Of a stretch of DNA of 9,812 nucleotides, positions 1 through 9,153 are shown one piece after another; position 1 is the first letter of the stretch, and each line of letters starts with the position of its first letter. The translations under genes were made by a program, and so were the position numbers. Under the pieces are notes generated by a model that saw only the letters and a program-made list of their open reading frames with translations, did no database searches and was not told the origin of the DNA. Origin of the DNA: Octopus sinensis (lineage: Eukaryota); NCBI RefSeq assembly GCF_006345805.1, contig NW_021827758.1:1-9812 (forward strand), written 5' to 3'.

Positions 1-299
1 AAGTGTGGATTTTTCGATTATTTTCCACTTTATCTTGTGAGTTATTGCGTTAGATTTCAAACTCCATGCGTGACTAACCAATTTAGTGTTTTTGCTTTTG
101 TCCTTATATCGGAAGGAAGCTATGTGACTGTTTATATAGGGAGATAATTAAATGTGTATTATCTCCCTTCCATTAGTTTTATATTTTTTAATTTGTAAAG
201 TAGCATACGGATGAAATTGCATTAGTTTCTATTGAAGATTTGGTAAGTTTCTTTTGTTTGTTTTTTTGTAAATTCCAACTATATATATATATATATATA

Positions 300-685
300 C
301 TAGCAGTATCGCCCGGCGTTGCTCAGGTTTGTAAGGGAAATAACTATAAAGCATTTTTAGAGAGTTATAGCCAAAAAATAGCAAAAAAATGGAAAAAAAA
401 TTATGAAATATTGTTTTGAGAGTTAAAAAGGTGGAGTTGCGTCCCCTAGACAGTCTGTGGTTCGTGTTTCTGATTCTCGACCCCATGTACGAATTTATCG
501 ATTTTTTTTTCAGAACTGGGGGAAACTTTTAAAATTTTCGCTGGGGTCGTTAGGTTTTAATTATGACATTGGGCTATGTGTGTGTCAAGTTCATTAGAAT
601 CGTGGAAAGCCGTGTCAGGTGAGGGTACAAGCAAACAGACACCACAGAACACGCACAGACAACCTGCCGTGTATATAGAGAGAGA
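300..685 (-). mobile_element. Probable non-autonomous Helitron (~386 bp)
   Basis: On the minus strand a degenerate GC-rich hairpin (plus 312-327, cccgg-cgttgc-tcagg) lies 8 nt before a terminal CTAG (300-303), followed by T. A candidate 5' end A|TC sits at 686|685-684. This A|TC...hairpin-CTAG|T pattern with no TSD is the established Helitron signature. The 5' boundary is uncertain. Confidence 0.6.
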
Positions 686-769
686 TATAGGTGTGTGTTT
701 GTGTGTGTGTGGTATGTATGTATTTGTGCATGATGTATAATAGCCATATATGTATAATTAAATATATTC

Positions 770-980
770 ATGTAAGTATAGAAGCCATCTTAATATGCTA
801 AGCACAAATGGGAGGGGGTGTTACTGTAGCTCTATAGCCCCGGGAGATCGTCGTCTCCAGCTGGCTTTAGACCACATTTCAGTGCCAGCTGGAGACGACG
901 ATCTCCTGGGGCTATAGAGCTACAGTAATACCCCTCCCCTATGTGGTTAGCCATATTAAGATGGCTTCTATACTTTACAT
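770..980. repeat. Long inverted repeat: 96/97-bp arms (770-865, 884-980) with 18-bp spacer; possible foldback element or MITE
   Basis: The left arm atgtaagtatagaagccatcttaatat...gtcgtctccagctggc is the reverse complement of the right arm gccagctggagacgac...atattaagatggcttctatactttacat. The inner 45 bp carry one mismatch; a few substitutions and indels occur in the outer half. Confidence 0.95.
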
Positions 981-1157
981 TATCGAGCGATTACTGTTTT
1001 ACATCTCATTCTGAAATTTAATAATGCCTAAATATATATATATATTAGAAATAAATGCATACAATGCAAGCACACGCACGCGCATAATTTATTTGTTCCT
1101 TTTCCTTTTCTCTCTCTTTTCCTGGTGTAATTTCTCTCTCTCTCTCTCTCTCTCTCT

Positions 1158-1212
1158 TTCACTTTCTCTCTCATACCGAATATATATGTTTGGGTATGTG
1201 TGTACGTGTGTA

Positions 1213-1258
<46 letters not shown>

Positions 1259-1278
1259 CATATATATATATATGTATA

Positions 1279-1317
<39 letters not shown>

Positions 1318-1472
1318 GTATATATATATATATAAATTATATATATATATATATATATTTATGTATGTATGTCTTTTCTATATTTATATTTATTAAATAT
1401 GTATGTATGTAATATTTCACTTCCCTTCATGACCGATATAATGTTTGGGTATGTGTGTAACGTGTGTAATAT
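1158..1472 (+). repeat. Imperfect direct repeat of a ~57-bp complex segment (1158-1214 and 1415-1472), each followed by a TA-rich tract
   Basis: Both copies read ttcactt..tcat(g)accga..tat..tgtttgggtatgtgtgta(a)cgtgtgtaatat; the period is about 257 bp. Confidence 0.85.
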
Positions 1473-1680
1473 ATATATATATCTATATTATATATATATA
1501 TATATATATGTATATATTATATATATATATATATATCTATATATAGGTATCATGATATATATATATATATATAATATATATATATGTTATGTATGTATGT
1601 ATGTATGTATCATATATTTATATATATGTATGTAATGTATGTATATATGTATATATGTCTGTATATAATATATATAATAT
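1211..1680. repeat. Interrupted (TA)n/(TATG)n microsatellite field
   Basis: Direct reading of the sequence; it accounts for the IYIY/YIYI ORFs. Confidence 0.95.
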
Positions 1681-1920
1681 ATCTTCCCATTGTGCCTTTC
1701 CATATCTAACATCCACAATTACTCTACAGCGTACAATATAATCTATATTGGCATCATTAACAGAAAACTCCTACGGATTCTGCCCTGAGAAGAAGATGCC
1801 AGAAAATTCTTTCCATACAAAATGAAATTTCAAGGTTTTTCGCAGAGAAGCCTCGAGTCCTTTTTAGACAATAAAAGATTTTGGTTTGGTTCGTAAAAAT
1901 GTAAGAATATACACACCTGC

Positions 1921-1950
1921 AGATGATGGTGATGATGATGATGATGATGT

Positions 1951-1983
<33 letters not shown>

Positions 1984-2166
1984 CGATGATGATATTGGTG
2001 ATGATGATGATGATGATGATGATGACGATGACGATGACGATGACGATGATGATGACGATGATGATGATGGTGATGATGATGATGATGATGCTGATGATGA
2101 TGATGCTGATGATGATGACGGTGATGATGATGATGACGGTGATGATGATGATGATGATGATGTTGG

Positions 2167-2218
<52 letters not shown>

Positions 2219-2310
2219 GATGATGACGATGATGATGACGATGACGATGACGATGATGATGACGATGACGATGACGATGATGATGATGATGACGGTGATG
2301 ATGATGATAA
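1921..2310. repeat. (GAT)n microsatellite with GAC/GGT/GCT/GTT variants; a further short GAT/GAC run at ~2423-2462
   Basis: Direct reading; it produces the poly-Asp (1886-2404) and poly-Met (1923-2324) ORFs. Confidence 0.97.
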
Positions 2311-3397
2311 TGGTGAAGAGGTGAATGTGGAGAAGGGGAGGAGGAGGACGACGATGACGTGTGGAAATAAGATCGTGTTAATGACGATTATGACAACGAA
2401 ATGATGTCGACGGTTACAAAACGATGATGATGATGATGATCATGATGATGACGACGACGGCGGCGACGGTGACCGACCTCCTTTTTCCACTACCTCTGTT
2501 CTTGTATCGGAATTAGAAACCGTTACCAAAGCGACCGATTAGCTGAATCGTTGAATCAGCGAAAAAATGCGTTTCGCTTTAGGTTTTCAGTCGGCCCTTT
2601 AATATATAATGAAGTTATAAATCGACTGTCCCCTTCAAAATAGTTCCCTTGGGAAGCCACACTGCTCCCAAGACGTTGCTTCCGCTTTCCACAGCAGTGC
2701 TGGAACTCGGAAACTGAAATGGTTTTAAGCTTTTTACAGCCTTAAAACCTTCGGAAAAAGCCTTTTTTATGTTTCCCAGCATGCCAATATGATGACCTTT
2801 TAAGTGAATTTTCCATCTGGAGAAGAGAAAGAAGCAATATAGACACAGATCAGGCGAATATGGGGGCTGAGGGGCAACAGGGATTCTTTTCCTTGCAGCA
2901 TCCAGGTGCCGTCGACGTTTGGACTCGCGCGAACCCCCGTTTTTGCAGACTTTTAAGAACCTTAGGGCAGAAATACTGATTGAGCCTCTGTCCTTAAGAC
3001 AATTCTATTATTTTTAACAAAGCAAATGAGCATGGTTTTCATTTAGGATTTGCTTATTCTCGTTTTCTCTTCGGCCTCGGTGCCACTCTTGACTTGACAT
3101 TTTGTTTCTGGATCCTACTCAAAAGTCCATCAGCCTTCACGGCGTTTCTGAGAAAATCTGGGTGATTTTCAGTCCATTCCAGATCACAGCACACTTCCTT
3201 CCTGTTATCTTTTTGTTCAGGAGTGAGATTTTGGGGAACAAATTTCCTCATTCTCAATTCATTAGTCAAATCTTGACGGAGAGGTAGTATAGTTCAAATT
3301 CAGCTTCTCTTCAATCGTATAAGGTTTCTGGTACGATCCACATTTTCGATGGGATTCCTGACCGAAAGTCATATTCAGCGGATTCTTGGCCTTCGAA

Positions 3398-3449
3398 AAA
3401 ATCTGTGCTCTTGATAAAGCATCCGAAAATCTGTGCTCTTGATAAAGCA
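3398..3449 (+). repeat. Exact 24-bp direct repeat (3398-3421, 3426-3449) inside the transposase
   Basis: aaaatctgtgctcttgataaagca occurs twice with a period of 28 bp; it encodes ALSRAQIF on the minus strand. Confidence 0.95.
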
Positions 3450-3509
3450 GTACCCGCATGAGACTGTCGAAGTTTTGCACAAGTTTTAGTGGCATTGTGT
3501 CCGAGATTG

Positions 3510-3940
3510 GGATCTTCTCAGTTTGAACGGCAGTTTTTAACATAATTTCTAGGTAACTAAACACTTTTAAACTTCGTATACTGGTAGAATGTGTTTATAA
3601 AACATATTTTTCTCTTGGCTTTATTGAGAAAATTCTATAGTTTGTAAGATATTTGTTGTTTTTTTCTTCAATTTCTGCAATTTCAACTAATCACTGACGT
3701 CCATTGAGGTAAACAACATTCCGTGCCGTATGAATATGTCCCTTGTTTAAGAAACAGATTGGGTTCATTTACATTTGTGAAGAAAATAAGATACCCTTCC
3801 CCCACCCCTAATCCTAATCCTAACTAACCCTAACCCTTAAATAGATTGAAATGCAATAGACCGATACTAGGGTCATAATTATGGGTGACAATTTCATATG
3901 ACACCGCTAGAAAAAACTGCCGTTTAAACAGAAAAGATCC
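3510..3940. mobile_element. Non-autonomous TIR element (MITE, 431 bp) with 29-bp TIRs and 8-bp TSD; Merlin- or Mutator-like termini
   Basis: TIRs at 3510-3538 (ggatcttctcagtttgaacggcagttttt) and 3912-3940 match at 26/29 positions. Flanks cgagattg (3502-3509) and cgagtttg (3941-3948) match at 7/8. Removing the element plus one flank restores the reading F-K-L-G-H in the transposase. The superfamily assignment is inference. Confidence 0.9.
3806..3839 (+). repeat. Degenerate telomere-like (CCCTAA)n array inside the MITE
   Basis: ccctaa tcctaa tcctaa ctaa ccctaa ccctta. Confidence 0.75.
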
Positions 3941-4572
3941 CGAGTTTGAAATAAAACTTAATCGCACAGCGTTGTTCGTGACTGTACTCGCTCGTTTTTA
4001 GGATACACAAAATAAAACCAGTCCAAAAAACCTGCACTCACTGTTCACCTCGTAACGCCATATTGTTCCTGCATGAACTGAAATTATAGGGGACGTTGAT
4101 GTGGTAAAACCACGAAGGGGAACCCCGAAGTTGTTGCTAGATCGACCGCTATAAGACTAGTGTTATTACTTTATTTACAGAACTCGTATATCATAGATTC
4201 ATTCGTATTTAATTCCTAATCCACACACATACACACAGAAAAAGCAGTTCGTTGCCATTTTGAAAGATGATAACACTGTGAGCCATAAATCATGAATAAA
4301 TCATTAGATCAGCCGTGAAATGTCTTACAAGAAATTGTTTCTCAAATTTCAGCCGCTGCTACGAAGAACAGAAACGAAAATCTAATAAAACATCTGGAAA
4401 TAGAAATACAATATCGTGAATATAATAAACCGCCATTACTGAATGCACTGATTGACTTCTGTATATATATAGAGAGAGAAACGATGGAGCGGTGGAGCGG
4501 TGGAGCGAAGGGTGTGAAATATTAATAACATGAGATATTCTGTAATAATGATTGATAATACTACAAGAACAA

Positions 4573-4617
4573 GTGTGTGTGTGTGTGTGTGTGTATGTGT
4601 GTGTGTGTGTGTGTGTG
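4573..4617. repeat. (GT)n microsatellite
   Basis: Direct reading. Confidence 0.97.
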
Positions 4618-4644
4618 AATATTTACAATAAAGACAAAAAATCT

Positions 4645-5052
4645 TGGAGAAGATGGTGATTGGAGGAAGAGGAGGGGAGGAGGGGTGGAAGAGGCGGAGA
4701 AGAGGCGTGGAAGAGAAGAGTAAAAAAAGGAGGAGCGGAAGAGGGAGGATGAGGGTGAAGGAGGAGGAGGAGGGGAAGAAGGAGGAAGAGGGGAAAAGAT
4801 GAAGAAAAAAAGAAAGGGAGAAATGGAGAAAGACGTGGAGGGAAGAAGGAGAATGGGAAAAAGAAGAGCGAGAAGAGGAGGGGGAGGGAGAGGAGGAGCA
4901 GGAGAAAAGGAGAAGAAAAAGAAGAAGAAGAAGAAGAAGAAGAAGAAGAAGAAGAAAAAGAAGAAAGAAAGAAAAAAGAAAGAAAGAGAGAGAAAGAAAG
5001 AAAGAGAGAGAGAGGGAGAGAGAGAGAGAGAGAAAGAAAGAAAGAAAGATAG

Positions 5053-5103
<51 letters not shown>

Positions 5104-5120
5104 CAGAAAGAGAGAGAGAG

Positions 5121-5171
<51 letters not shown>

Positions 5172-5173
5172 AA
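4645..5173 (+). repeat. Compound polypurine tract (GGA, GAA, GAAA, GA, GAAA)
   Basis: Direct reading; it accounts for the K/E/R-rich ORF 4799-5197. Confidence 0.95.
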
Positions 5174-5924
5174 TATAAGAATTTTAGGCTTGAATAGGTA
5201 ATTCCAATATTATATTTCGATATATCTCCATCTTTTTGTCATTTTTTTGTCATTTTTATGATATTTTAAATATATATCCTTTTATTTTCAGATTTTTTTC
5301 TCCTTTGGATGGGTGGTGTGTGAGAGGCGGTTTCCCTTGAGAATTTTTAGTTTTTCGAAACCAATAAAGTACAAAACGAAATCAATTCCGTTAAAAATAG
5401 TATCAAACGAATGATTTCTGATAAATAAAAGAAAATTTTGAATCATAAATGTTGATAAATGCATTCCAGGTGTTTCCAGCCTGAGGGCTAAAAGTTTCTG
5501 CTTTAATTAGCCTACAATGTATAGGTAGGTATGCAGGAATTTAAATACATTTTTAAATAAGTAAATATATATATATATACATATAAACACATAAGAGATG
5601 ACCATAATAGGACATCTGACTCACTAGAAAGAGCAGTTAAACTCCAAATCACTAATAGTTGTAATTCTGAAAGGGAAAGAGAAATAAAAACGTTTACCCT
5701 ATCCTTTCTGGACTATGCATAGTTTCGACAATCTTTTGTAAATAAAATAAAATAAAATCATTTTACTTTACAATTGGCGTTGCCATCCTCAGCAGGAAGA
5801 TGGCTAATATATGGCTAATATATGTACATATATGCATGTATGCTTATGTATGTGTATATATACGTGTACATCTATAATTACAAACATATGCACGCACACA
5901 CCCACGAACACAAACATTATATGT

Positions 5925-6064
5925 ATATATATATATATATATATACATAATTACATACTCACGCATATTCTGTCGGTAGATTTAGTTCACTTGAAGGTTG
6001 TAAAGGTCAATTCTAATGGTGTATACACACACACACACACACACACGCACACCCACCACACCAT

Positions 6065-6111
<47 letters not shown>

Positions 6112-6338
6112 CATATTAGTTTCAGTCATTTCACACCGTTTTAAGAGTCTTAGTCGAAGAGATCGACCCCAGGACTTATTGTTTGTAAGCCTTGTACTTA
6201 TTCTGTACTTTCTATATCATAAAAAATATATACACACAACACCACACACACACACACACACACACACACCATATATATATATATATAATATACTATATAT
6301 ATATATATATATTATATATAATATTGAATATGTATATG

Positions 6339-6395
<57 letters not shown>

Positions 6396-6568
6396 ATATA
6401 TATATATATATATATAATATATTAATCAGCCGAAATTGCGAGGATGATCCGGTTCTTGACTGAAGATTGAAAGCTTCGAATGTCCCGTCCGTGTTTTTTG
6501 TATCGTCTTGTAATGTTTTGTGTTCTTGTCCCAGTTTGTATTTTTTTTACATACACACACACACACAC

Positions 6569-6616
<48 letters not shown>
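5925..6616. repeat. Cluster of (CA)n-(TA)n compound microsatellites (~6021-6115, 6225-6422, 6551-6616) separated by short complex islands
   Basis: Direct reading. Confidence 0.9.
6117..6206 (-). mobile_element. 3' fragment of a SINE related to the copies at 6908-7224 and 8689-9150
   Basis: The reverse complement cagaataagtac...ctggggtcgatctcttcgactaagactcttaaaacggtgtgaaatgactgaaac aligns by eye to the 3' parts of those copies (ending aatgactgaa / attgacagag) and shares a module with 9154-9274. Confidence 0.7.
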
Positions 6617-6620
<4 letters not shown>

Positions 6621-6831
6621 CGTTGGAAAGGAACCACGAGTTGATATTGACTTTTTCAACTTAAAGTAAAGTATAAAAAACAATTGAATTGTGGATAAAT
6701 TAAATGAAATTTTTTTAAAATATTCCCATACTTTCAAATACAAGGGACATTCTCCTTTTTCCCGTCTGTCTCTCTATCTCGTTTTTACTCTTGTGAAAGC
6801 TTGGTAGCACGTACTAGGCAATAGCGGTTTT

Positions 6832-6862
6832 GAAGAAGAAGAAGAAGAAGAAGAAGAAGAAG

Positions 6863-6894
<32 letters not shown>
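6832..6894. repeat. Compound microsatellite (GAA)11(CAA)10
   Basis: Direct count. Confidence 0.97.
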
Positions 6895-6895
<1 letters not shown>

Positions 6896-6907
6896 AGGTG
6901 CAAGTCT

Positions 6908-7224
6908 GGCTGCGTGGTAAGAAGTTTACTTGCCAACCACATTGTTCCAGGTTCAGTCCCTCTTCGTGCAAGCTTCTACTATAGCCTGGGGTCGACCAAA
7001 TCCTTGTGAGTGAATTTGGTAGACAGAAACTATGTGGATGCACGACGTTGGTTTGTTTACGCCCTCGTCAACTTACAGTTCGGCAAAAGAGAATGGTGGA
7101 AGAAGTACCGGTCTTTAAAAAAGTCTAAGAACTTGAAGCGATTTACCGACCAAACCCTTTAAGACGATGTCTCAGCATGGCCGCAGTCCATTGACAGAGA
7201 CAAGTCAATGGTAAAAGATAAAAG
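6908..7224 (+). mobile_element. tRNA-derived SINE, internally shortened copy
   Basis: A-box-like tggctgcgtgg (6907-6917) and B-box-like ggttcagtccc (6950-6960). It is collinear with 8689-9150: cttc(t/c)actatagc...ccttg(g)tgagtg(a/g)att and cagcatggccg(c/t)agtcca. It ends in an A-rich tail, taaaagataaaag. Confidence 0.8.
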
Positions 7225-7360
7225 GAAAAGAGTTTAGTGATGCATCGGTTAATGCAGGCAAGCATTTACAGATAAAGATAAACGGGATAGTCACGGCTAG
7301 AACGTTTTTGATTCAAGGTTTGTTCTGTCAGGAGTGATCTGATACCAGACGGGAAAAAGG

Positions 7361-7738
7361 AGGAAGCACTCCGACGGTTACGACGACGAGGGCTCCAGTT
7401 GATCCGATCAACGGAACAGCCTGCTCGTGAAATTAACGTGTAAGTGGCTGAGCACTCCACAGACACGTGTACCCTTAACGTAGTTCTCGGGGACATTCAG
7501 CGTGACACAGAAAGTGACAAGGCCAGCCCTTTGAAATACAGGTACAACAGAAACAGGAAGAAAGAGTGAGAGAAAGTTGTGGTGAAAGAGTACAGCAGGG
7601 ATCACCACCACCCCCTGCCGGAGCCTCGTGGAGCATTAGGTGTTTTCGCTCAATAAACACTCACAACGCCCGGTCTGGGAATCGAAACCGCGATCCTACG
7701 ACCGCGAGTCCGCTGCCCTAACCACTGGGCCATTGCGC
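7361..7738 (-). mobile_element. tRNA-derived SINE of a second family, apparently near full length (~380 bp)
   Basis: The minus-strand head gcgcaatggcccagtggttagggcagcggactcgcggtcgtaggatcgcggtttcgattcccag has a consensus A box (TGGCCCAGTGG, plus 7722-7732) and a B box with one extra T (GGTTTCGATTCC, plus 7678-7689), followed by ~300 bp of GC-richer body. The acceptor stem does not pair, so it is not a tRNA gene. Confidence 0.8.
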
Positions 7739-8127
7739 TACCAGACGACGACGACGACTACGACGAACACCACCAACACCACCACCACCTTAGCAACAAA
7801 TAGAACCACAGTGATTAAGTATAGTAAAAGTTTGTATTAATTACTCAGTAGCAACAGACTTGGAAATCAAACGATATCGACTTTGATTGGCTGTGTGTAT
7901 TTGTGTAATTTTTTAAAGTTTTTTTTTTTGGGGGGGGGGGCTTTTTTCTTTGCCTTTTTGCTTCATCTCATTCTTCGTATCTAACGTCTGTCAAAACAAG
8001 CTTTTGTTTTTTTTTTGTTTTTTTTAATATATAGTTGTTCGAGTTAAAATTCCTGATCATTAGCTCAATAGATATTTCTAAAATGTTAGCAGCCTATAAA
8101 AACACCGAGTCGATATTCCTTTGTACA

Positions 8128-8297
8128 TATGTGTGTGTATGTGTATCTATGTGTGTGTGTGCGTGTGTGTGTGTGTGTGTGTATGTGTGTGTGTATGTAT
8201 GTATGTATGTATGTATGTATGTATGTATGTATGTATGTATGTATGTATGTATATCCTTAATCGATTATTTTTCTTTTTTCTTTACTACATAACTATT

Positions 8298-8368
<71 letters not shown>

Positions 8369-8373
8369 CATTA

Positions 8374-8405
<32 letters not shown>
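8128..8405. repeat. (GT)n-(GTAT)n and (TA)n microsatellites
   Basis: Direct reading. Confidence 0.95.
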
Positions 8406-8409
<4 letters not shown>

Positions 8410-8688
8410 TAATGTTTTTACCCAAACGAATAGCAGAAATCCTAAATGTCGAAAATAATAAATCGATGTTCTAACTTTAGTTTGTTTAGAGACTTCCAAA
8501 TATTTTTGTGGCGGTGAATACGCGAGAACAAAAAGCTGAGGAACCGATTAACGAAACTTGTGATGCGGTTTTACTTGCCGGATAACGATCTTAAAAATCT
8601 GTCTGTCGCAATCATCATAAACACTCCCGAGATTTCTAGTATTAATAGAAATACGCGTTGAAAAATATGTTTCAAATGCTACTAATTT

Positions 8689-8854
8689 GGCTGTGTGGTT
8701 AAAGACGTTCACTTTGCCACCGCGTGGTTGTGGATTCAATTCTGTTGCTCTCAGCGGCACCCTCAGCAAGAATCTTCCACTATAGCACCGGGCCTACCAA
8801 TGCCTTGGTGAGTGGATTCGGCTGGCTAAAGCTGTGTGGAAGTTCATCGTACAC

Positions 8855-8889
<35 letters not shown>

Positions 8890-9150
8890 CACACACATAA
8901 ACACACACAAGCACACACACGCACACACACAATTTGTGTGTGCTTGTGTGTCTTTCTGTTGGTCTTCCAGCCACCACTTGGCAACTGGTGTTGTTTTGGT
9001 TACGTTCTCCTAACTGAGTGATTCCGTAAAAGTGACCGATACGATAACTATCAGACTTAAAAGGACGAATACAGACGTTCCCTTTGTTTAACACAACACC
9101 TAGAGTCGGAGTCCCAGCATGGCCGTAGTCCAATGACTGAAGCAAATGAC
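8689..9150 (+). mobile_element. Diverged tRNA-derived SINE, same family as 6908-7224, with an internal (CA)n tract
   Basis: Head ggctgtgtggttaaag with a degenerate B box near 8733-8742; shared body blocks with 6908-7224; internal (CA)n at ~8851-8931; 3' block cagcatggccgtagtccaatgactgaagc. Confidence 0.75.
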
Positions 9151-9153
9151 AGA

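Larger units (their letters stand above)
2625..3995 (-). pseudogene. Mariner transposase pseudogene (frameshifts, stops, deletions, nested MITE)
   Basis: Manual minus-strand translation across frames gives the motifs in canonical order: EQRCAIKFYFKL / LGHNATKTCAKLRQ / ALSRAQIF / FEGQESAEYDFRSG / ENVDRTRNLI / LTNELRMRK / FVPQNL (3242-3225, WVPHEL-like) / PDFLRNAVKAD / DPETK (3114-3100) / SKS*MKTMLICF / GQRLNQ / PQPPYSPDL (YSPDL 2860-2846) / LKGH / FQHC / QGNYFEGD (YFEGD 2642-2628). The start appears to be ATG>ACG at 3995-3993. The HHDNA motif is deleted and the third catalytic Asp is lost. Confidence 0.93.
2600..4188 (-). mobile_element. Decayed mariner-family DNA transposon, interrupted by a nested insertion
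   Basis: A fragmented transposase spans 3995-2625. A candidate 5' terminus TA|CGAGTTCTGTAAATAAAGTAAT (TA at 4187-4188) resembles mariner TA-CGAG ends. No matching second TIR was found, so the left boundary is approximate. Confidence 0.88.

Noticed and set aside
1923-2324. Poly-Met ORF
   Set aside because: It is an alternative frame of the (GAT)n repeat.
2480-2625. Second mariner TIR
   Set aside because: I found no convincing match to cgagttctgtaaataaag on the plus strand; this end appears truncated or overwritten.
3262-3564. 100-aa ORF read as an independent gene
   Set aside because: It is a chimera of MITE TIR sequence and mostly out-of-frame transposase remnants; only ALSRAQIF is in the true frame.
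4485-4507. tggagcgg x3; similar short tandem duplications at ~5232-5256 and 5800-5821
   Set aside because: These are ordinary slippage duplications with no spacers, so they are neither CRISPR-like nor iteron-like.
4799-5197. 132-aa K/E/R-rich ORF
   Set aside because: It is a translation of GAA/GAAA/GA microsatellites with no complex domain.
7666-7738. tRNA gene on the minus strand
   Set aside because: A and B boxes are present but the acceptor stem does not pair, the B box has an extra base, and the sequence continues into a repeat body with no poly-T terminator. It fits a SINE head.
8548-8769. 73-aa minus-strand ORF
   Set aside because: Its first third is antisense SINE head; the rest has no motif I recognise and no clear splice signals.
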